Shown: positions 28,346 through 35,872 of the stretch, one piece after another
Layout of the letters: each line of letters opens with the position of its first letter
How positions within the stretch are numbered: position 1 is the first letter of the stretch
Virus record (IMG/VR): IMGVR_UViG_3300050138_000093
Span: 1-35,872 of that record
Direction: 5' to 3' (one strand)
DNA: 35,872 bases
DNA from: a virus
Program-made: the position numbers and the translations under genes
Notes under the pieces: generated by a model
The model's database searches: none
What the model saw: the letters and a program-made list of their open reading frames with translations, nothing else
Told to the model about the DNA's origin: nothing

Positions 28346-30586
28346 TTATATTCTGATGGCCACAATATAACCTGATCCGGTTACAGTACCTGTCGCAAAA
28401 ACCGCATACCCCTCAAGAAACACTGTGGTGGTGGTTGATACGTTCACAATTAAAACGGCTGTAGGCAGGTTAAACTGCGTGGTTACAGCAGATGATTGCC
28501 CGGAGCGTATTGAGTTATCCGGCAATGTAGCAGATGACAAACTACAAAATGAAATAGCCTGACTGATGTTAGATGTTGAACCTGCCAACGATACAACGCC
28601 CAATACAAGCCATTGGCCAGCCGTGACACTTATTTGAGTAATGTTTTTAGCCGTACTATTAGTCAAGGCCACGCCACTTGCAGCAAGGACAGCGGCGCTT
28701 ATTTGTTCCCCGTGGTATCCAGCTGGGGTTGATGATCCGCTGGTTTGTCCAAATGTGTAAACCCCTGAGGTTCCCTTAGAAGTTATTTGAATGCCAATAT
28801 TCGCATCGGATCCTATTGCACTTAAAACAGGGCTGCCCGTGCTTATGTTGTTTGCAATCTGGAAATTATTAACAGGCGTTCCACCCGATGCGGAAAACGT
28901 CAGCATTGTATTGCCGTTGGAATCTAAAAGAGAGGTTCCAATTTTGGGTGTTGGTATCGCCAAATTTGCAGGTAGTGTGGAGCTTATACTTGGCACTGAA
29001 CCTGCCGATGTAACCAATACGCCTGAGGCTGCGGTGGCCAATCCACTCACGGCTGTGCCGCTTGCCGCATACCATGCCACCTGATTGATTAATCCGCTGT
29101 TAACAGTACCTGAACCCGATGGGGCCGCCCACGTTCCATCCCCTCGCCAAAAAGTAGAGCTAGAGGCTGATGTTCCTGAGTTTAGATGGGTTACTGCTAA
29201 ATTGCCTGATACAAAAGATGCTAGATCTATAGCCGTACCATTCCAAACTCCGGTCGCTATAGTTCCAAGCGTTGTTATAGAACTCTGGCCTACATAAGAT
29301 GCCGAGATATCAATAACGGGGGTGGTTCCCCCTGTGGATGTGATCCTGTTTGTTGTACCGCTTACCGAGGTAACACCTGCAAATGTAGGAGTAGCCCATG
29401 TGCCATCACCACGCCAGAATGTTGATGAGCTAGCAGATGTGCCTGAGTTTAAGTGCGTGACGGCTAAATTACCGCTCACAAAACTGGCAAGATCTATTGC
29501 TGTGCCGTTCCACACCCCCGTAGCAATCGTGCCAAGGGTTGTTATGGAGCTTTGTCCTACATAGCTCGCGGATATATCTATCACAGGGGTCGTGCCGCCT
29601 GTTGAGGTGATCCGATTTAATGTGCCTGATACGCTGGATACCCCTGTTCCTGAAGGAGTGGCCCAAGTACCATCGCCGCGCCAGAATGTGGTAGCGCCCG
29701 CACTGGTTCCGCTATTTAGGTTAGTTACGGGTAAATTACCTGTGAATCCTATAGTTATTGCGCCGCTTACGCTGCTTATTCCAATATTTTGACCTGCAGT
29801 TAAGGTAGCAGCTGCGGGATCGGAGGCTGTGGTTCCTATTAAAACCTGCCCCGCCCCTAAAAGAACGGATGTTAAGGGCGATCCGCCTTGAGCCAACATG
29901 ACAGCATGTGGCGTGCTAGAGCTTAAAGTTAGGGCTGCAAAAGTAGGCGAGCTTCCTAACGCTATATCCTGTGGCAGGCTTAGGGTAACGTTCCCTGTTG
30001 GGGATGAGGCTATTACCTGATTGGTTGTGCCTATAATTGATAAAACACCCGCGCCAACCAGAGTATCCACATAAGTTTTATTCACGATATCCGTAGGGTT
30101 AACGGGTACTGCCGCCACCTGTCCTGATGTTAGAGCTGCTGTGGATCCGGTAATAATCGCCCCGGGTATCGTTATTGATGCGGGTAGTGTGGTACTAAAT
30201 GAGGGAACGCCCGATCCGTTTGTGATAAAAACAGAGTTTAATGCCGATATGATGGGCGATAGGGTAGTGCCATTTGCCGCATAATAAGCAATCGAGTTGG
30301 TTGTTCCGGGGTTAACCGTACCCGTACCGCTTCCGGAGAGTTCAACCCATTGCATTACAGTAGGGTTGAAATACTCATAGGTTTGTAAGTCTGTGTTTAA
30401 TCGTAGGCGATAATAAATTGCTGCCACAGGAACAGGACGACTAGATGTTGGCCCGGGGGCTAAAAATGTCCATGGGTTATTAAATAGAACGTTTGCGCCA
30501 GTTAATAGCCCGGGTACTTGGTCATTATTGGCGATGTCCCCACCAGCAGTCATTTGACTAAACTTTAAGGTTTGTATGGTCATCAC
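28346..30586 (-). CDS. Tail fibre with tandem FWRGDGTW-containing repeats
   Basis: 746 aa, Gly/Ser/Thr-rich. LNSGTSA..(S/T)[10 protein letters not shown](T/A)P occurs three times, a motif type frequent in phage fibres. Confidence 0.8.
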   Translation of the reverse strand: MMTIQTLKFSQMTAGGDIANNDQVPGLLTGANVLFNNPWTFLAPGPTSSRPVPVAAIYYRLRLNTDLQTYEYFNPTVMQWVELSGSGTGTVNPGTTNSIAYYAANGTTLSPIISALNSVFITNGSGVPSFSTTLPASITIPGAIITGSTAALTSGQVAAVPVNPTDIVNKTYVDTLVGAGVLSIIGTTNQVIASSPTGNVTLSLPQDIALGSSPTFAALTLSSSTPHAVMLAQGGSPLTSVLLGAGQVLIGTTASDPAAATLTAGQNIGISSVSGAITIGFTGNLPVTNLNSGTSAGATTFWRGDGTWATPSGTGVSSVSGTLNRITSTGGTTPVIDISASYVGQSSITTLGTIATGVWNGTAIDLASFVSGNLAVTHLNSGTSASSSTFWRGDGTWATPTFAGVTSVSGTTNRITSTGGTTPVIDISASYVGQSSITTLGTIATGVWNGTAIDLASFVSGNLAVTHLNSGTSASSSTFWRGDGTWAAPSGSGTVNSGLINQVAWYAASGTAVSGLATAASGVLVTSAGSVPSISSTLPANLAIPTPKIGTSLLDSNGNTMLTFSASGGTPVNNFQIANNISTGSPVLSAIGSDANIGIQITSKGTSGVYTFGQTSGSSTPAGYHGEQISAAVLAASGVALTNSTAKNITQISVTAGQWLVLGVVSLAGSTSNISQAISFCSLSSATLPDNSIRSGQSSAVTTQFNLPTAVLIVNVSTTTTVFLEGYAVFATGTVTGSGYIVAIRI
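29129..29740 (-). repeat. Tandem 267-bp (89-codon) coding repeat: two full units plus one partial
   Basis: The equivalent Trp codons sit at 29129, 29396 and 29663, so the period is exactly 267 nt. Confidence 0.9.
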
Positions 30587-30608
30587 TATTCCTTGTGATT
30601 AATGTTTA

Positions 30609-30944
30609 TTACCCTTGGATTTGTCTTAGGGACACTCCAGCGTATGCGGTCGCATCCGGGGTAATTAAATGCAAAACATCGCCCCCGCGCACATAGCGCT
30701 TTTTGGGTTTAAACTCATTGTATTGTTGCGATCCGTTCGCTCCACCCCCGGGAATTGCAGGTGTTGCATTGTTGCAAACAAAAACATTCGAGTTAGAGGC
30801 GTATTCAAAATAAGCCTGATATTGCATAGTGCTTGTCCCGGGTACAGTCCATGTTTGCTCTGTATTGGCGGCAAGGTTAAATTGCTTGCATGTATCGCTA
30901 AAAGGCATCGTTTCGATGTAATTAGCATTGTATTGAATCGTCAT
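30609..30944 (-). CDS. Hypothetical small virion-module protein (111 aa)
   Basis: ORF between two fibre-type genes. No motif recognised. Confidence 0.5.
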   Translation of the reverse strand: MTIQYNANYIETMPFSDTCKQFNLAANTEQTWTVPGTSTMQYQAYFEYASNSNVFVCNNATPAIPGGGANGSQQYNEFKPKKRYVRGGDVLHLITPDATAYAGVSLRQIQG

Positions 30945-30958
30945 TATTTAAACTCCTG

Positions 30959-33043
30959 TTAATTATGCAGTCCTAAACGAGCGTCCTTGGTGTAATGATA
31001 CGTGATAAATCCCTCCGGGTTAGCATCTGCGCTGGTTGTTATGCCTGATAACAAAGAGCTGCCATTGGCGCATTTATACATAAGGCCCGGCGCACTAACC
31101 AAGAATGTGGCCCAGAATGATGATACCGTCGCATCGGCTGTACCACCAACAGGGCCTGATCCATTTTGCAATAAATTGGCGCTTACAGCACCCGATGTTC
31201 CGGTTATCGGTGAAAATAAGGTAACAAGTGGTGCTGTGGTTCGGGCCACCTCTTTAAATGGGAACCCAAAGGAGCGCGACCTAACAGAATCTGTACCCGC
31301 TTTAATACCCAGCATTTCAGCAAATAAAGAGCCGCCCGCGGTTGGTGTACCAAATAGAACGCCCGGCGCATAGCTTGATTCATAATAGAAGAATGAGTCG
31401 CGCAATACCTGATCGGATGTTTTAGGGTTGGAGTCAATTGCAAACTGATTCGGAACCAACGATATACGGTTATAGGATACAACGTCATTTTGCCCAAGGG
31501 CTGATGTTGTATAAAACACTATTCCTAGGCACTGGGTTGAGCCTGCAAGGGCTGGCATTTGAAAGCCGTTATAGGCAAATTGACCGTTACCATTTGCCAA
31601 TACATTAACGGGTGAATTGATAGGATTTATCGCTGTCCATTGCCCTGTAAATACAGGCTCATTTGATGCCCATGAGGCAATTGGATCAACCGTTGATGGC
31701 AGCGTGGCGCTATAAATCAATTTCATTTTAAGGTTAAGCAGCGTCCCGTGGGTCGTTGTTAACGATAAGGTCGCCAATGATGAAAGAATAGATCCCCAAT
31801 AAGGCAATATTGATGTGGGATCGATATATTGTACCAGCGCGAAATTCTGCTGCGTGGTTGCGGCCACGGTAGTTATTGCCAGCTGACCGTTAGTGGCACG
31901 CGATACGCTTAAGCTTCCGGGGTTTTGCGCCGATAAAATAGTTTGGTCGGTAATATAAATATTCGATCCAATTGTAGTGGGGGCGGTAGTTCTTTGCTGC
32001 CATGGGTTTAGCGAAAAATTCCACGCCACCAAAATATCATCTTTAGGCTGAAATAAAATTGAGCTTCTATAATCATGAAAGGTGTAATCTATTTGCCTAT
32101 TGATAGAGTCTTGAATAAATGACTGCTCAACGGGCATATCCTCAACGATTAACTGGATTGAGCTTACAAAAATATCGCAGTTACTAGGGAGGGCCAGCTT
32201 GTAATCAATATAGGCGGATGGTGGTACGTTAGGGTTTGTGGTCGCAGGTAATGTGCCATGACCTGTAAACTCGTTAAATGTTTGATCGACCGCAGGAACC
32301 GTTAACACGTTGGTTAATGTTGAGTTGTTAGAGTCAACAAGGTTCGCACTTATAGCCTGATTAATGCCGTTAACCTTGGCGGTAATGGTAGAGGATACGA
32401 TTTTATTCGCCCACAGCATTCCGTTTTGATAGAAGCGTTGGCGTAAAAATACAGAATTGGCCGTCCATCCGGATAGCGTTAACTCTAGGGCATATGGCGC
32501 GTTTGATGGGTTTGGCGTTGTATTGTTAAGCGGCACTTGGTTAAGTGTAACCGTACCGGAACCTGCCAACTCCAATACCCAATCAGGGCCTATTTGTATA
32601 GGACTTGCGGGGGCAGCGCCTGTAAAGGTAAATGGCGATGTAAAATCAACCAGCGCAAATTGTGGGTTACTTACCTGATTATCTGATGTGAATGCTACCG
32701 TATTAACGGGAGTTGATCCGCCAGTTCCTGCCACGTAGTTTTCCACTAAATAGATTAATGGGTCGCTTTGAGATGGGCCTGTAAAGGGATCGATGTGTTG
32801 TCTGAACTCAAGACGATAAACAACATCGGCCTCGAAATAGATATCGTTGGGCAGCGTGCCATTACCTAAAAACTGAATGGGATCTGTCCATGGAGTATTT
32901 AAATCTGGGTCGTGATAAACCGTTGCAGGGACGTAAGGGATTTGATTTTCAAGAATCCACAAATAATAAGTGTCATCGAAAATCTTACCCGTTAAATCAA
33001 CCTCCGACCAAATCGGATTCGCGCCTCTTATCCCTAGTGCCAT
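30959..33043 (-). CDS. Large tail fibre / tailspike-type structural protein (694 aa)
   Basis: Size, position after the internal virion proteins, and Thr/Ser/Asn/Gly-rich composition. Family not recognised. Confidence 0.45.
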   Translation of the reverse strand: MALGIRGANPIWSEVDLTGKIFDDTYYLWILENQIPYVPATVYHDPDLNTPWTDPIQFLGNGTLPNDIYFEADVVYRLEFRQHIDPFTGPSQSDPLIYLVENYVAGTGGSTPVNTVAFTSDNQVSNPQFALVDFTSPFTFTGAAPASPIQIGPDWVLELAGSGTVTLNQVPLNNTTPNPSNAPYALELTLSGWTANSVFLRQRFYQNGMLWANKIVSSTITAKVNGINQAISANLVDSNNSTLTNVLTVPAVDQTFNEFTGHGTLPATTNPNVPPSAYIDYKLALPSNCDIFVSSIQLIVEDMPVEQSFIQDSINRQIDYTFHDYRSSILFQPKDDILVAWNFSLNPWQQRTTAPTTIGSNIYITDQTILSAQNPGSLSVSRATNGQLAITTVAATTQQNFALVQYIDPTSILPYWGSILSSLATLSLTTTHGTLLNLKMKLIYSATLPSTVDPIASWASNEPVFTGQWTAINPINSPVNVLANGNGQFAYNGFQMPALAGSTQCLGIVFYTTSALGQNDVVSYNRISLVPNQFAIDSNPKTSDQVLRDSFFYYESSYAPGVLFGTPTAGGSLFAEMLGIKAGTDSVRSRSFGFPFKEVARTTAPLVTLFSPITGTSGAVSANLLQNGSGPVGGTADATVSSFWATFLVSAPGLMYKCANGSSLLSGITTSADANPEGFITYHYTKDARLGLHN

Positions 33044-33061
33044 AATATATCCTTATTATGC

Positions 33062-33091
33062 TTGGTTTTTATCCATTTCCATGATTATAAT
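33062..33091 (+). promoter_or_regulatory. Candidate promoter for the opposite-strand micro-gene
   Basis: Perfect TATAAT at 33086-33091, with TTGGTT 18 nt upstream. Confidence 0.4.
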
Positions 33092-33115
33092 CCAGTTTTC
33101 AAGAGGAATTTAATC

Positions 33116-33268
33116 ATGTTGTTTTATATTCTATTTTCTGCATATATCATTTATGTCGTATGGGGCCATGATATTCGCATGTACTTTTGGAATAAAAAAT
33201 CACCAGAAGTAAAATATGCCGAGTATCGTAAATTCATTAACGATTGGAACGGCACTGATTACGATTAA
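33116..33268 (+). CDS. Small membrane protein (50 aa) encoded antisense to the virion operon
   Basis: The ATG at 33116 has AGAGGA 9 nt upstream. Sequence: MLFYILFSAYIIYVVWGHDIRMYFWNKK..., i.e. an N-terminal TM helix and a charged tail. Locally AT-rich. The 3' end overlaps the 594-aa gene stop by 4 nt. Confidence 0.5.
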   Translation: MLFYILFSAYIIYVVWGHDIRMYFWNKKSPEVKYAEYRKFINDWNGTDYD

Positions 33269-35049
33269 TGATGACCACCTACCAATTCCAACTCTAAAGG
33301 TTTTCTTTCTTGTTGTCCTGCAGCTTGAGAAATACCTTTACTTAATAATAATCCAAAAGCCACCGCTTTCATTTGTTTGTTTGAAATAGAGTTTATTTCA
33401 TTCAGTTGTTTGGCCCAGTCTTTGCTTGTAATAAATTCAATTGCGGCCTTATCTCCACCACCTCTAGTAAATGCATGTTCAATCATATTTTTTAAGAAAT
33501 CACCCTCGTTTCTTGCCATATTCATGCCATGTTCTTCTTTTCCTTTGGCAGTCTTGATTGTTGGTGGCCCCATTAAGTTTTTGAATAATAGCCGCATAGC
33601 CTTAAGGTTTTCAGCAGCTTCTGGTGCATTTTTAAGATGACCAATAACCTCATCGAATTTCTTTTGTGATGCCAGCGCTCTATAAAAATTAGTCCCGTTA
33701 ATTTCTTTTTGATCAAATACCTTTTCAAGTCCTTTACGCACCATTTTGCGCTCATATAAGGCGCGTGCTTCGGCATACTCTGGATATGCAGCATCCATTT
33801 GATCGCGCATTTCGGCGCGTGTGTTAGATATAATTCGAGCCTCGTTATTATTTCCAGCACGCTCGGCCTTATTAACCATATCATCCATGGCACGTTTAAC
33901 GTGATCCCAATAGACTAGGCTTGTAGCTTGTGGATCGGTTTGCCCCGGTTCAAGTTTAACATTTTTAGGCATCAGAGATTTTAAGCTCTCTTTATAAGCA
34001 GGAGTATTTTCCACCTCAGATTTTGCCTGTTTGATTATTTCATTATCTTTATATTGCAAAGGAAATTCTTGCGGTAAGTTAGCATGACCTAGTCCTTCAT
34101 ATGCCTCCTTAACCTGCTGATCCATCTTTCCGGGCGAGTAAATTTGATTAAGCGTTCTCTCAATAGCCTCGCGTTCTGTAGCCTCTCGATGTTTAGCACG
34201 CTGATTAAGTAATTTAGCCCCCTCCGGAGTTCTACCTAACGCTCCTTGAGCCTTTGATGCTAGTTGACTTATCCCAGCCTCTGCAGGAGTTAAATAAGCT
34301 AGATTTAATTTATTAGCAGCTTTAATTCTAGGATTTGCCACATCCGGGTGTACGCCCTCGACCAATCCTTGTTTCATTTCCTTAGTAGATTTGTACCCAC
34401 GTCCTCCCAATGCGCCCCCAATCAAAGCGGCCACATCAGATCCTACCTCACCAAAACCAGCAGTCTCAGCGCCTTTTCTGCCTAAATAAGCCCCTCCTGC
34501 AGCTGTTAATCCTCGAGCAACGTTGCGAGCAATAGGATTGGTTCCTTGCATTATTTGTCCAAGAATACTAAATGGAGCCATTGTTGCGCCTGCTTCTGCA
34601 CCCGCTTTAATATTATGCTGAGGTGCTTGGGCTGCACCGTACAGAGCTTGAGGGATGGCATCTGATAATGCTTTAGATAAATATTTCCCTGCCCCGGGAA
34701 TCTTAGAAAGTAATTGGCCTGCTTTGCCTACATTAGCCCCGGGCAATGCAAATGCAGGGGCATATTGGGTTATGCCTTGAATTAATTTATCAGCAGATCC
34801 CGGATTCTCTACTCCTAAGGCCCCGCTAAAATCAAAATCGGACGGCGAAAACTCAGGTATATGGCCACCTGATAGTTTGTTCGGTAAGTTCGCAAACTCA
34901 CGTCCCATATTCATCAGGCCAATAGCAGGATCTTTAATCCCGTATTTAAATACTTTTTGTAATAAGTTTTCGTTGTCTTCTGGTTCAGATTGCTGGCGTT
35001 TAGCTAACTCACGTCGGGCCAACTCTGCGCGTGCTTGTTCAGGCGTCAT
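33265..35049 (-). CDS. Large internal virion (ejection-type) protein, putative
   Basis: 594 aa with Ala/Gly-rich hydrophobic central stretches (GATMAPFSILGQIM, AALIGGALGG). TAATG coupling to the upstream gene. Confidence 0.5.
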   Translation of the reverse strand: MTPEQARAELARRELAKRQQSEPEDNENLLQKVFKYGIKDPAIGLMNMGREFANLPNKLSGGHIPEFSPSDFDFSGALGVENPGSADKLIQGITQYAPAFALPGANVGKAGQLLSKIPGAGKYLSKALSDAIPQALYGAAQAPQHNIKAGAEAGATMAPFSILGQIMQGTNPIARNVARGLTAAGGAYLGRKGAETAGFGEVGSDVAALIGGALGGRGYKSTKEMKQGLVEGVHPDVANPRIKAANKLNLAYLTPAEAGISQLASKAQGALGRTPEGAKLLNQRAKHREATEREAIERTLNQIYSPGKMDQQVKEAYEGLGHANLPQEFPLQYKDNEIIKQAKSEVENTPAYKESLKSLMPKNVKLEPGQTDPQATSLVYWDHVKRAMDDMVNKAERAGNNNEARIISNTRAEMRDQMDAAYPEYAEARALYERKMVRKGLEKVFDQKEINGTNFYRALASQKKFDEVIGHLKNAPEAAENLKAMRLLFKNLMGPPTIKTAKGKEEHGMNMARNEGDFLKNMIEHAFTRGGGDKAAIEFITSKDWAKQLNEINSISNKQMKAVAFGLLLSKGISQAAGQQERKPLELELVGGHH

Positions 35050-35872
35050 TATCCACCCCCTGCAATTTTTCGAAGCTCATCATCAGACATTTTAGATAAA
35101 TCTTCTATAGGCGCTGTATTAACCTTGCGATTCTTAATGACGGATTGCGCCTTACCGCGACGCCCAACTAAATCCTTTCTTAAGTCTTTAATACGGGCAA
35201 TATAAGCATCGTCTGATTCATTAGTGGCTCGACGTATTTGTTGTTCAACCAAATCAATACTGGCCTGTACTTTAGGCAATGATTGGGCTGCCACTAAGGT
35301 ATCAATCATGCCGCTTGTTTTAGCATTATAGGCGGCTTTCTTTGATGGGCTAAAATCCCATTTTCCATATACTTTACTTGGATCATTAATTAACTCATCA
35401 AGCATCGGCAGTACCGTATCAATACCCTGTATGGCCTGTTGGTTTTGAGTCAATACGGTATTGGTAGGCGTATCTCCACCTTTATTTTGTGCCTTAATTC
35501 CCTCTTTTTGTTTAAACAAATCAAGCGCTGCGGCTTGTTTATCCTCGGGTGTTTGTGGCATAGCAATAGGATCATAACCAAATTTATGTTTAAAAAATGC
35601 CCTTAATAATGGATTTTGACGCAACGCATCAAGATTCATGCCGCCCGCACCTGCGGTAGGAGCCGCCGCATTTGCGGTGACAGGAGCCTGTTGTTGTGGT
35701 TGTTGTTGCGCCTCTTGCATTCCTTCTGGCGAAAACATACCCATCCCTTGGCCCATCTCTTGCGTGGGATCGGGTTGTTGTTCTTGTTGGCCTGGCATTT
35801 GACCGCCCTGACCACCACCTGTAATCATATCTTGAAGGGCTTTAAATTGGTTAAATTCATACATTGGGTCGT
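35049..35872 (-). CDS. 3' part of the junction-spanning internal virion protein (same gene as 1-371)
   Basis: The ORF stays open to the window end. The last 127 nt duplicate 1-127. The track Met at 35864 is internal to the full 355-aa frame. Confidence 0.7.
   Translation of the reverse strand, partial: DPMYEFNQFKALQDMITGGGQGGQMPGQQEQQPDPTQEMGQGMGMFSPEGMQEAQQQPQQQAPVTANAAAPTAGAGGMNLDALRQNPLLRAFFKHKFGYDPIAMPQTPEDKQAAALDLFKQKEGIKAQNKGGDTPTNTVLTQNQQAIQGIDTVLPMLDELINDPSKVYGKWDFSPSKKAAYNAKTSGMIDTLVAAQSLPKVQASIDLVEQQIRRATNESDDAYIARIKDLRKDLVGRRGKAQSVIKNRKVNTAPIEDLSKMSDDELRKIAGGG
35746..35872. repeat. Terminal overlap, copy B (identical to 1-127)
   Basis: Exact 127-nt identity with the window start, compared base by base. 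Confidence 0.95.

Noticed and set aside
29129-29740. A diversity-generating retroelement (template/variable repeat pair) in the tail fibre
   Set aside because: No reverse transcriptase gene is present. The differences between repeats are synonymous and spread over all bases, rather than adenine-specific and nonsynonymous.
29129-29740. The RGD tripeptides in the FWRGDGTW repeats as integrin-type adhesion motifs
   Set aside because: The tripeptide is embedded in a conserved fibre repeat common in phages of bacteria. There is no supporting context for eukaryotic adhesion.
1-35872. CRISPR arrays, rRNA genes, transposases or IS elements, toxin-antitoxin pairs, retron or RT-based systems
   Set aside because: No regularly spaced direct repeats with unique spacers were seen. 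No rRNA-like segments, DDE or serine/tyrosine recombinase motifs, or reverse-transcriptase YxDD motif appear in any listed translation.

Overview
This window is a complete, circularly closed dsDNA tailed-phage genome. Bases 1-127 are repeated exactly at 35746-35872, so the unique sequence is 35,745 bp, and one virion gene runs across the artificial break. All family calls come from motifs read by eye in the supplied translations; no searches were run.

Layout:
- A long minus-strand late block runs from 12826 down through the junction to 24098. It encodes a ParB-domain DNA methyltransferase, small and large terminase, portal, scaffold and a P22-type coat protein. It continues with adaptor and tail-hub candidates and three low-complexity internal (ejection-type) proteins. 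It ends with at least four receptor-binding proteins (one with a pectate-lyase-fold depolymerase signature), a GH24 lysozyme and a VRR-NUC nuclease.
- There are no tape-measure, sheath or tube genes, so the virion is probably short-tailed with a P22-like head module.
- Divergent early promoters sit at 16930-17057. The leftward unit has a Cro-like gene, small genes, a lambda-O-like replication initiator carrying internal iterons, and a cold-shock protein. The rightward unit has a Sak4-like ATPase, an SSB-like protein ending in DDDVPF, a Cas4-like Fe-S nuclease, small unknown genes and an 801-aa SF2 helicase.
- A separate 3-gene plus-strand mini-operon lies at 13160-13706.
- I recognise no integrase, CI-type repressor, DNA polymerase, primase, canonical tRNA, CRISPR array or holin.

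Most unusual observations:
- A tandem 89-codon repeat in the tail fibre is 100% identical in protein over 74 codons but synonymously different at 53 of those codons.
- 21-bp-phased palindromic iterons lie inside the initiator gene.
- A tRNA T-arm-containing structured element and inverted DnaA boxes lie in the late-operon leader.
- A shared TTGACGT/ACGTCAA operator occurs at two early promoters.
- A lone opposite-strand membrane micro-gene sits inside the virion operon.
- A cluster of tiny late genes includes a 37-aa lysine-rich peptide.
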